A stretch of DNA of 64,000 nt from Acidobacteriota bacterium (GTDB taxonomy: Bacteria > Acidobacteriota > Thermoanaerobaculia > Gp7-AA8), in contig JAJXWV010000041.1 in the NCBI GenBank assembly GCA_021781455.1, positions 75,484-139,483 of the forward strand. Direction: 5' to 3'. The notes under the pieces are model-generated. The model saw nothing but the letters and a program-made list of their open reading frames with translations, had not been told where the DNA came from and searched no databases. The position numbers and the translations under genes are program-made. Of this stretch, positions 9,753-18,029 are shown piece after piece (position 1 is the stretch's first letter; each line of letters begins with the position of its first letter).

Positions 9753-10889
9753 TCATGAGCCCATGCGCTCCGGATCCGCCTCGTCCCCATGCAGATAGCA
9801 CCTCGCGATGTGCCCCTCCCCGACCGCCATCAGGGCCGGTTCATTTCCGAGGCAGATCTCCATCACGTCCGGACAGCGGGGGTTGAACTTGCAGCCGCGC
9901 GGGAGCGCGTCGATCGGAGGCACCATGCCCTTGATGGTCGGCAGCCTTCCCGACGGGGGGTTGTAGCTGGAATCGGCTTCGGCTGCGGTTCCGGACACCT
10001 CGCCCTTTGCCATGCTGGGCAGAGACCTCAGAAGTCCGCGCGTGTACGGGTGGGCCGGACTGGCGAATAGATCGCCGACGGTCGCTTCCTCGACGACGCG
10101 TCCCGTGTACATCACGATCACCCGGCTGCAGAACTCCGCCACCACGCCGAGGTCGTGCGTGATCAGCAGAATGGCCAGCCCGAGCCTGCGCTGAAGCCGC
10201 GCCAGCAGCTCCATGATCTGAGCCTGGATCGTGACGTCGAGCGCGGTGGTCGGCTCGTCCGCGATCAGCAGCTCCGGATCGCAGGAGAGTGCCATGGCGA
10301 TCATGACGCGCTGTCGCATGCCGCCGGAGAGCTGGTGCGGGTAGTCGTCGAGCCGCTTGATCGGGTCGGGAATCGAGACCAGATCGAGCATCTCCCCCGC
10401 CATCCGCCACGCTTCTTTCCTCGACACCTTCTTGTGGATGCGAATCGCCTCGGCCACCTGCGTGCCGATCTTGAACACCGGATTGAGCGACGTCATCGGC
10501 TCCTGGAAAACCATGGCGATGTCGTTGCCGCGCACTTTCCGCATGTCGCGCTCGGACAGCTCGGCGAGGTTGCGGCCGCGAAAGCGAACCTCGCCGCCGG
10601 TGATCTTCCCGGGAGAAGCGACGAGGCGCATGATCGACATCGCGGTGACGCTCTTGCCGCATCCCGACTCGCCGACCAGCGCCACGGCCTCACCCCGCCG
10701 CACGTGGAAGGAGACGCCGTCGACGGCGTGGACGCCGCCTCCGGAAGAGAGGAACGTCGTGCGCAGATTCCGGACATCGAGGAGCGCCTCGTCAGGAGTC
10801 GTATCGAGATCCGCAATTCGCGAACCCGGCATTCCGACGGGCTGACTCGATGTCGGTGGTGCGGCCGTCACGGTCGCGGATGGTAGCAA
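9753..10889 (-). CDS. Oligopeptide/dipeptide ABC transporter ATP-binding protein (OppD/DppD-like)
   Basis: Walker [11 protein letters not shown], signature [15 protein letters not shown], Walker [14 protein letters not shown]-terminal PPSG...RCP motif. The start may be the internal Met near 10832. Confidence 0.8.
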   Translation of the reverse strand: MLPSATVTAAPPTSSQPVGMPGSRIADLDTTPDEALLDVRNLRTTFLSSGGGVHAVDGVSFHVRRGEAVALVGESGCGKSVTAMSIMRLVASPGKITGGEVRFRGRNLAELSERDMRKVRGNDIAMVFQEPMTSLNPVFKIGTQVAEAIRIHKKVSRKEAWRMAGEMLDLVSIPDPIKRLDDYPHQLSGGMRQRVMIAMALSCDPELLIADEPTTALDVTIQAQIMELLARLQRRLGLAILLITHDLGVVAEFCSRVIVMYTGRVVEEATVGDLFASPAHPYTRGLLRSLPSMAKGEVSGTAAEADSSYNPPSGRLPTIKGMVPPIDALPRGCKFNPRCPDVMEICLGNEPALMAVGEGHIARCYLHGDEADPERMGS

Positions 10890-10986
10890 GAACGGTGCTG
10901 GTCGAGCTCATCGCGGCGCAGTGAGGAATCAGCGCATCGAAGGAAACCGGCCAGGATTCGCTCCGCCGATCCTCGTACACCCGGCA

Positions 10987-12660
10987 CTAACGCCGGAAAC
11001 GCGAAAGAGTCGCCCGCGCCTCAGGGACACCGAGGACGAGCGCGACCGCGAAGTAGAGGGCACCGAAAATTCCGCAAACGATCAGGCCGTCGCGGACGTG
11101 CGGGAAGATGCGCGGCAGGTGCGCGCCGATCCTTGCGAGGATGTAGTTGTTGAACACGGCCCCGCTGATCCCGGCGACGAGCGCCGCCGTCCAGAGCCGG
11201 GCGAGGTACGAGGATCTCATGTGTACCGATCCGATTCGCTTCGCCAGCGAGTGCCGCAGCAGCGCAAACTCGAGCCATCCCGCCACGCCGGCCGTCGCCG
11301 TGAGCGCGATGACGCCGAGCGCTTTCTGGCCTTCCTTGAGCATCGGCAGCGGAACATGCGCAAAGTTCAAGGCGTCGATCAGCAGCGGTCGGAGCGGGAG
11401 GGCGAAGAGGTATCCGAGGACTCCGGTGAGCGCGACGCGGATCATCGCGTACCGCAGAGGCGTCCGGGTGTCGCGCAGTGCGTAGAAAGCGGAGGAGTAG
11501 AGCCGTCCGAGCGTCACCGTCAGCAGGCCGACGGTCGATCCGATGAGGATGTACCAGACGTAGCGGGTATCGTTCTGGCTGAACCGGCCGCCCTGGTAGA
11601 GCGCGGCGACGATGACGTTGCCGATGCAGATGAAGGCCGCGACGGAAGGCACGACGAAGAAGGCGATCTGGCGCAGTCCGCGCTCCATCCGCCGCCGCAG
11701 GATTGCCTTGATCTCCTCTTCCGTTCCGAGAGCGCTCGACATCTGCGGCAGCTCCGCAGCCGCCACTGACATGCCGAAAAGGCTGATCGGCAGTAACGCG
11801 ATGATCTGCGCATAGGAGAGCGCCGCCACGGCGGCGGTCCCGAGGAGCGATGCCAGGAGGCTGTCGAGATAGGCGCTGAGCTGCACGACGCCGCGGCCGA
11901 CCAGCACCGGCGTGAAGTTCCGCAGTACTTCACGAACCGGCTCCAGGGTCGTGTCGATGACGAAGCGCAGGTGCTTCGCGTACTTGAAAACGAACGGCAC
12001 GAGAATGCCGAATTGCACCACCGCCCCGACGACATAGCCCCAGCAGACCGCGTTCACGAAGGAGAAGGAGCGGTCGCTCATCCGATGACCGAAGACGAAC
12101 ATCGTGGAGATGAGCGTGACGTTCATCAGCACCGGTGCCACGTAGGACAGGAAGAACTTGTGGTGGCTGTTCAGGATGCCCAGGCACCAGGCATAGAGGA
12201 CGAGCAGCCCGATGCCGGGGAAGAGCACGCGCACGGCGGAGATCGTCATGTCGCGAACTTCCCCTTTGAATCCGGGAGCGATGACGAACAACAGCACCGG
12301 CGCGAAGATCACGCCGAGCGCGACCAACGTCACGACTACGACTGCGAGCAGTGCCGCGATGACCCCGGCGACGCGTCCCGCAAGCTTCTCGTCCCCCTCC
12401 GCCAGCAACCGTGCATAGACGGGGATGAAGGACGCAGACAGGACGCCTTCCCCGAGGAGGTTCTGGAGAAAATTCGGAATGCGGACCGCCGCCTTGTAGA
12501 TCCCCGCCGCATCGGTGCTGCCGAAATAGTGCGCAAAAACCTTCTCGCGCACGAGACCGGTCAGGCGGCTCAGCAGAATGCCGGCAGCGACGAGGGCAGC
12601 AAAACCGCCCGCTCTGGCGCGCGGCCTGGCGCTTTCGGTCATCGGAACAGTCTCAGCCAT
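10987..12660 (-). CDS. murJ: Lipid II flippase MurJ (MviN)
   Basis: 557 aa, 14 predicted TM segments. Conserved MurJ N-terminus LSRLTGLVREKVFAHYFGSTDAAGIYKAAVRIPNFLQNLLGEGVLSASFIPVY. Confidence 0.9.
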   Translation of the reverse strand: MAETVPMTESARPRARAGGFAALVAAGILLSRLTGLVREKVFAHYFGSTDAAGIYKAAVRIPNFLQNLLGEGVLSASFIPVYARLLAEGDEKLAGRVAGVIAALLAVVVVTLVALGVIFAPVLLFVIAPGFKGEVRDMTISAVRVLFPGIGLLVLYAWCLGILNSHHKFFLSYVAPVLMNVTLISTMFVFGHRMSDRSFSFVNAVCWGYVVGAVVQFGILVPFVFKYAKHLRFVIDTTLEPVREVLRNFTPVLVGRGVVQLSAYLDSLLASLLGTAAVAALSYAQIIALLPISLFGMSVAAAELPQMSSALGTEEEIKAILRRRMERGLRQIAFFVVPSVAAFICIGNVIVAALYQGGRFSQNDTRYVWYILIGSTVGLLTVTLGRLYSSAFYALRDTRTPLRYAMIRVALTGVLGYLFALPLRPLLIDALNFAHVPLPMLKEGQKALGVIALTATAGVAGWLEFALLRHSLAKRIGSVHMRSSYLARLWTAALVAGISGAVFNNYILARIGAHLPRIFPHVRDGLIVCGIFGALYFAVALVLGVPEARATLSRFRR

Positions 12661-13009
12661 TCGTGGTGAATTCGATCTGCGTGCAGAGGATATCGGAACG
12701 CGGCCGGCAATCGCCTGTCATTCCGAGGCGGCGAAGCGAGGCGAGGAATCCCGCCTTCTTCACCTCCGCCCACTGCTCGACTGAAGTGGCGAGGAAAGAA
12801 ACGGTGACGCGCAATCAGCGGACTGCCTGTCGCCCTGCCGTTTTGTGCAAGGAAATCTTCGCGTGGCGCGCAGAAACTTCGAGCCAGCAGTACAGGGGGT
12901 TCGCAAACTCCGGTACCGTCGCTGTGCTACTAACCACCAAATTCTTCGCGCCGCCAAGAGATTCTGTCGGGCGCTACGTGCCCTCAACACTGATGAACCA
13001 ACGCGAGTT

Positions 13010-13158
13010 CGGCGGCCTGACGGCCGCCGCTAAATTGTGTCGGCGGCTACGCCGCCTGTTCTCGCCCTGACCGAAGAGTCGGCCACGGTCAAAGCCGGCG
13101 AAGCCGGCGACATCATTTAGCGGCGGCCGTCAGGCCGCCGGCGGCCGTCAGGCTGCCG
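13010..13158. repeat. Family I hairpin element, locus 1. Two inverted copies of AATTTAGCGGCGGCCGTCAGGCCGCCG about 80 bp apart, plus a third partial copy.
   Basis: cggcggcctgacggccgccgctaaatt at 13010-13036 and atttagcggcggccgtcaggccgccg at 13115-13140. Each unit contains a GGCGGCC-loop-GGCCGCC hairpin. The region lies between the divergent murJ and FAD-oxidoreductase genes. Confidence 0.75.
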
Positions 13159-13371
13159 AACCGGGAACACGCATTACATGATTGAGGGCGCGTAGCGTCC
13201 GACAGCATTTCGGTTGCGGGCAAGCGCAGCGAGCGGTCTCTGTCTCTCCGTGTTCTCTGTGGTGAATTCTTGCCAGCCTCTCCGGACGACACGCACCTGC
13301 CCCCCGCGCTCTGCTCCGCGCTCTCATTGCGGAATTCGCTCCCGCACCGACGCGATACCATAGCTCTGCCC

Positions 13372-14520
13372 ATGATCGCGGATCGTCCAGTTCGCATTGC
13401 CGGTGCCGGTCCGTCGGGGCTCGCTGCGGCCATCTCGCTCGCCCGCGCAGGACGGGCGGTCGAGGTTCATGAGGCAAAAAGCGACGTCGGAATGCGTTTC
13501 ATCGGCGACCTTCAGATCATCGAAGGCGCCTCCGAGCGCGAGCCCGTCCCCGACTTTCTGGAGCGCATCGGCATCGCCCGCGATTTCTATTTCCGGCCTG
13601 CAGAGTGGGCCACCTTCTACGATCATCGCGGCGTGGCGCGCGTGATCCGCAGCTCCCAGCCGTTCGGCTGGTTCATCCGGCGCGGCGCCGAGGAAGGGAC
13701 GCTCGACCGCGGCCTGCTCGCCCAGGCGCGCAACGCCGGAGCGACGGTCCTCTTCAACAGTAGGCTGGCCGCGGAGAGCGCCGACATCGTCGCTACGGGC
13801 CCGGCCTCGCCCGACGGTCTCGCCCGCGAGATGACCTGGCGAACCGGCGAACCGGAACGGATCGACGTCTTCTTCAATCATCGACTGGCTCCGGGTGGGT
13901 ACTCGTACCTGTTCATCCTCGACGGCATTGCCACGTTCGGCTGTGCGATCGTGGCCGACTTCAAGAGAATCGACGACTACTTTCAGCACTCCGTCGCTGC
14001 CGCGCAGCGGATGCATCGATTCGAGATCCCGGCGGACGCGCGCGTCGGCTACTCGTACATGAACTTCCACCTGAAGCGACACGCCACCGCGAGCGGCGCG
14101 CGCTACGTGGGCGAGGCGGCCGGCTTTCAGGACTACCTCTTCGGCCTCGGCCTTCGCTATGCCCTGACCAGCGGTCATCTCGCGGCTCGGAGCATTCTCG
14201 AGAACCGCGACTTCGACGAGCTCTGGCAGCGCGAGCTCGCCGCCAAACAGGAGACCAGCCTCGTCAATCGCTTTCTGTACGAAGCGGGAGGCAACGCCGG
14301 GCTGTCGATGTTCGTCCGCCAGGCGGGACGCGCACGCGATTTCCATCGTTATCTCAGCGGCTGGCATCAGCGGCGCTGGTGGAAAGCGCTGCTCTCGCCC
14401 ATGATCCGGCGTTTCTGGCGCCACAAAGGCCGCTGCCAGCACAAACCCGCCGAACACTGGTGCCGCTCGCGCGATACCGAGATGAAAGTGCCGCCCCTCG
14501 GGCCGGTCCAGTCGCCATGA
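13372..14520 (+). CDS. FAD-dependent oxidoreductase (geranylgeranyl-reductase-like flavoprotein)
   Basis: Dinucleotide-binding motif VRIAGAGPSGLAAAISLARAG near the N-terminus. Start is placed at MIADRP (13372). The stop overlaps the next gene's ATG (ATGA). Confidence 0.6.
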   Translation: MIADRPVRIAGAGPSGLAAAISLARAGRAVEVHEAKSDVGMRFIGDLQIIEGASEREPVPDFLERIGIARDFYFRPAEWATFYDHRGVARVIRSSQPFGWFIRRGAEEGTLDRGLLAQARNAGATVLFNSRLAAESADIVATGPASPDGLAREMTWRTGEPERIDVFFNHRLAPGGYSYLFILDGIATFGCAIVADFKRIDDYFQHSVAAAQRMHRFEIPADARVGYSYMNFHLKRHATASGARYVGEAAGFQDYLFGLGLRYALTSGHLAARSILENRDFDELWQRELAAKQETSLVNRFLYEAGGNAGLSMFVRQAGRARDFHRYLSGWHQRRWWKALLSPMIRRFWRHKGRCQHKPAEHWCRSRDTEMKVPPLGPVQSP

Positions 14521-15461
14521 TCACGGTCGACGACGCGTATGACCTTTGCCGGAAGACCGCGCACAAACACGGCGCGAACTTCTCGGTGGGCTTTCGGTTT
14601 CTGCCGCGCCTGAAGCGCCGCGCAGTCTATGCCGCGTATGCGTTCTGCCGATGGGCCGACGACATTGCCGACGAGGACGACGATCTCCGCCTCAGCGGAG
14701 CTCCCGGTGCCGAGAGCATCGGGATGCCGTTCAAGGACGGCCGAGTCGTACAGGCCGGGAGCCTCTGCTCCCGAGATCAGTCGCGCATGGAGAATCTCGA
14801 TGCCTGCCGGCGCGAGCTCGACGCCTGTTACGAAGGACGGCCGTCCCACCCGATCACCATTGCCCTCGCCGACGCGCTGCAGCACTTCGCGATTCCGAAG
14901 AGCGCGTTCCTCGCCCTCATCGACGGTTGCCGGCAGGACATGGTCAAGACGCGCTACGAGACCTTCGACGAGCTGCTGCACTACTGCGATCTCGTGGCCT
15001 CGTCGATCTCGGACATCTCGCTGGCCATTTTCGGCTATCGCACTCCCGCAGCCATTGATCACGGCCGCAGCCTCTCGACGGCGCTTCAGCTCACCAACGT
15101 CACACGCGACGTGGGCGACGACCTGGCCCGGAACCGCGTATACCTTCCACAGGAGGAGCTGCGGAGGTTTGGCGTGACCGAGCAGGAACTTTTCGAGCGC
15201 AGAGAGAACCATCGCCTCCGGTCGCTGATCGAGTTCCAGATCGCTCGTGCCGAGGAGTACTTCAGGGCAGCCGAGCCGCTGCTGAAGGAACTGGCCTTCG
15301 ACGCACGCTTTCCCACGTTGCTCATGGGCGGCGTGTATGCCACCGTGCTTGCCAACCTGCGCAAGGACCCGCTGATGGTCATCCGCAAACGATTTTCTCT
15401 GTCGCGCCTGCAGAAGGTGCTCGTGATCACCACTCGCCTGCTGCGGCCGCACTTCGTGTAA
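14517..15461 (+). CDS. Squalene/phytoene synthase family protein (HpnD/CrtB-like)
   Basis: YAFCRWADDIADE (first Asp-rich motif) and LTNVTRDVGDDLARNRVYLPQEEL (second Asp-rich motif) are the trans-isoprenyl diphosphate synthase head-to-head signatures. The ATG at 14517 overlaps the upstream stop. Confidence 0.8.
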   Translation: MITVDDAYDLCRKTAHKHGANFSVGFRFLPRLKRRAVYAAYAFCRWADDIADEDDDLRLSGAPGAESIGMPFKDGRVVQAGSLCSRDQSRMENLDACRRELDACYEGRPSHPITIALADALQHFAIPKSAFLALIDGCRQDMVKTRYETFDELLHYCDLVASSISDISLAIFGYRTPAAIDHGRSLSTALQLTNVTRDVGDDLARNRVYLPQEELRRFGVTEQELFERRENHRLRSLIEFQIARAEEYFRAAEPLLKELAFDARFPTLLMGGVYATVLANLRKDPLMVIRKRFSLSRLQKVLVITTRLLRPHFV

Positions 15462-15470
15462 CGGCCTGCC

Positions 15471-16286
15471 GTGCGAGAACGTCTACAGAACGTGAACATC
15501 CGAAGCCACGGAAGCCGCCGGACCGCAGCCATTACGGCGCTGCTCCTGGGCGCCGCCTGCGGACTGTTCGCGCAGACGCCGGTCATGACGACCGTCGTGG
15601 TGCCGGTGGTCGGCACGGTCGACGGCATGAACGGTTACCGGTGGAAGACCGACATCGAGCTGAAGAACGACCTCCCGACCGAGGCCACGGTCTCTCTGAC
15701 GCTGCCGACCGTCGCCGATCAGCCGGTCATCATCACCACCGTTCCTCCGGGCGAATCGGTCAGCTTTCCAGACGTCATCAATCAGGCATTCGGAATCGAC
15801 ACCGCCCTCTCCCCCCTGGTCGTGCAGACACTGGGAAAACGCTCCATCGGAATCTCGGCGACGGTCTACGGCGTGCGAGGAACCGAGGTGTCGCCCCCGC
15901 AGCCGATCGCGATCGACTACGGCAATTCTTTCTTTCCGCAGCGCGTACTGGCAGGGCTCTCGTTCAGCGATTCCTACCGCACCAACGTCGGCGTCGTGAA
16001 CCTCGGCGATCGCGAGGCGACATTCACTGTCGCCCTGCAGCGAATCCCGGGACGCAATCTCGCCGTCGCGCATGTCACGCTTCCGCCCGACTCGATCTGG
16101 CATCACCCGATCCAGTCGATGTTTCCCCTCATCAGCAGCGGCAGCGATTTCCAGCTCGTCATCGAGACCGGTGACCCGGCGACGTACGTCTACGCGTCGG
16201 TGGTCGAGAACCAGACCAATGTGGCGCGGTTCATCCAGCCGTCGCTGGGCGTGACGTCGATCGAGGCCGCGAGCGTCGGCCACTAG
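15471..16286 (+). CDS. Secreted hypothetical protein
   Basis: N-terminal signal peptide (RTAAITALLLGAACGLFAQTP). No recognisable catalytic motifs. Codon usage is consistent with the host. Confidence 0.5.
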   Translation: MRERLQNVNIRSHGSRRTAAITALLLGAACGLFAQTPVMTTVVVPVVGTVDGMNGYRWKTDIELKNDLPTEATVSLTLPTVADQPVIITTVPPGESVSFPDVINQAFGIDTALSPLVVQTLGKRSIGISATVYGVRGTEVSPPQPIAIDYGNSFFPQRVLAGLSFSDSYRTNVGVVNLGDREATFTVALQRIPGRNLAVAHVTLPPDSIWHHPIQSMFPLISSGSDFQLVIETGDPATYVYASVVENQTNVARFIQPSLGVTSIEAASVGH

Positions 16287-16420
16287 GCTCCGCCTCGCGA
16301 GAGCAGGGACGCGCAGCAGCGCGTCCGCAGCTCTCGTCGTCCCCTCCCCACGGGAGTTGCGAACGCACCTGCTGCCCTCACGCTGGACAGCGCTCTCAGC
16401 CGGATCTATTCTCACCTCCG

Positions 16421-16579
16421 ATGGACGAGCCTGAATACCTGATCTGCCTTCAGTGTGAAACGCCCACGTATCAGTTCGAGTACTTGAACGGGCGCCTCGT
16501 CACGGTCGTCTGCAACACGTGCGGCAACGACGATCCGACGGATTTCATGACTGAAGCGGAGTTCGACCAGGAGGCGTGA
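16421..16579 (+). CDS. Small zinc-ribbon protein (52 aa, CxxC...CxxC)
   Basis: MDEPEYLICLQCETPTYQFEYLNGRLVTVVCNTCGNDDPTDFMTEAEFDQEA. It is too short for the ORF track. It lies immediately upstream of udk on the same strand. Confidence 0.45.
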   Translation: MDEPEYLICLQCETPTYQFEYLNGRLVTVVCNTCGNDDPTDFMTEAEFDQEA

Positions 16580-16671
16580 CCTCTCGCTTCGCCAGGGTCG
16601 CGCGCCGCACCGGGTCACCGGTGGCGGCCGGCTTCCTGCGATCCCGGCGGCCGACCATCCCCGAACTTCAT

Positions 16672-17292
16672 ATGAAAACGACACCCGTCATCATCGGTAT
16701 CGCTGGCGGTACGGGATCCGGTAAGACCACGGTTGCTCGTGCGATCTATGACAAGGTCGGACGCGACCGCATCGAGTGGATCTCCCACGACTCCTACTAC
16801 CGCAACTTCGACGGACTCACACCGGACGAGCGCCACAAGATCAACTTCGACCATCCCGACTCGCTGGAGACGGAGCTGCTGGTGCGCCACCTCGACGTGC
16901 TCTCCAAAGGCTCCTCGGTGGAAGTGCCGGTCTACGACTTCACGACGCATTCTCGAAAAGCCGAGACGCAGAGAGTCGAGCCGCGCAAAGTGATCATCGT
17001 GGAAGGCATCCTCGTGCTCGCGGAAGCCGAATTGCGGAAGCGCATCGACATCAAGCTCTTCGTCGACACTCCGGCAGACATTCGCTTCGTGCGCCGCCTG
17101 ATGCGCGACATCCGCAGCCGCGGGAGAAGCCTCGAGTCGGTCGTCGAGCAATACGTGACCACCGTGCGGCCGATGCACGAGGAGTTCGTGGAGCCGTCGA
17201 AGCGCCACGCCGACCTGATCATTCCGGAAGGCGGTGAGAACCAGGTGGCGCTCGACGCGATCATTTCCAGGGTCGAGCACCTCCTGGTGTGA
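16672..17292 (+). CDS. udk: Uridine kinase
   Basis: MKTTPVIIGIAGGTGSGKTTVARAIYDKV ... FVDTPADIRFVRRLMRDIRSRGRS, the P-loop and uridine kinase signature. The ORF-track start at 16576 is an upstream extension. Confidence 0.9.
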   Translation: MKTTPVIIGIAGGTGSGKTTVARAIYDKVGRDRIEWISHDSYYRNFDGLTPDERHKINFDHPDSLETELLVRHLDVLSKGSSVEVPVYDFTTHSRKAETQRVEPRKVIIVEGILVLAEAELRKRIDIKLFVDTPADIRFVRRLMRDIRSRGRSLESVVEQYVTTVRPMHEEFVEPSKRHADLIIPEGGENQVALDAIISRVEHLLV

Positions 17293-17606
17293 CGAGTGGC
17301 CCACTGCATGGACCCGTGTGGCGCCTCGATACCGGGCGTAGAGGCGTCGTCGGGTCGCAGCAAGCTCGACAATTCGTCGCACGAGAGTTATTGCGAGCTT
17401 AACGGCAGTCGAACTTACGTTAGGCCAACGACTTCCCGCCCGCTGACAAGATGCGGAATGGAGCCCACCGGGAGGCGGTTGAACACGCGTGCGACGCGAG
17501 TCGACACTGTTTCATTGACCCTGCGCGCCCACGACACCTAGAATGGACGGGCCAGGTCAGCCACTCGCATCATTCCACGCAGGAGCAGAAGGGGGGGAAT
17601 TCGGGG

Positions 17607-17813
17607 ATGCCTCTCGTCCACGTCAAAGAAGACGAAAGCTTCGAGAATGCGCTCCGCCGATTCAAGCGGAAATGTGAGAAATCCGGGATCCTCTCGGAAC
17701 TCAAAAAGCGCCAGCATTACGAAAAGCCGAGCACGAAGCGCAAGAGAAAAGCCATCGCTGCCCGCAAGAAAGTGCTTCGCAAGCTTGCAGAAGAGCGTCG
17801 CACTGGCTACTAG
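17607..17813 (+). CDS. rpsU: 30S ribosomal protein S21
   Basis: [48 protein letters not shown]..., the canonical S21 sequence. RBS aggag 10 nt upstream of the ATG at 17607. Confidence 0.95.
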   Translation: MPLVHVKEDESFENALRRFKRKCEKSGILSELKKRQHYEKPSTKRKRKAIAARKKVLRKLAEERRTGY

Positions 17814-17838
17814 CCCCAACAGCACGCAGAACCAAAAA

Positions 17839-17863
17839 GGACTCGCCCCGCGAGTCCTTTTTT
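17839..17863 (+). terminator. Rho-independent terminator after rpsU
   Basis: ggactcg cccc gcgagtcc followed by tttttt. Confidence 0.8.
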
Positions 17864-17876
17864 GTTGGCTGAGACA

Positions 17877-17965
17877 AATGGGACCGATGGGACCACTGGG
17901 ACCGATGGGACGCGTGGGACAGTCTCATAGGTCCCATTCGTCCCATCGGTCCCATTCGTCCCATT
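17877..17965. repeat. Family C inverted nonamer array (GATGGGACC units x5, spacer, GTCCCATYG units x4)
   Basis: atgggaccgatgggaccactgggaccgatgggacgcgtgggacag tctcatag gtcccattcgtcccatcggtcccattcgtcccatt. Confidence 0.85.
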
Positions 17966-18029
17966 TTGTCGACCGCGACACGTTCCTCTCTCGATCCCAA
18001 TTTCGGAATACACACCGCGTACCTCGACT

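Noticed and set aside
16412-16684. 90-aa minus ORF overlapping the small zinc-ribbon ORF and the udk 5' region.
   Set aside because: It is antisense to two better-supported genes and has no motif.
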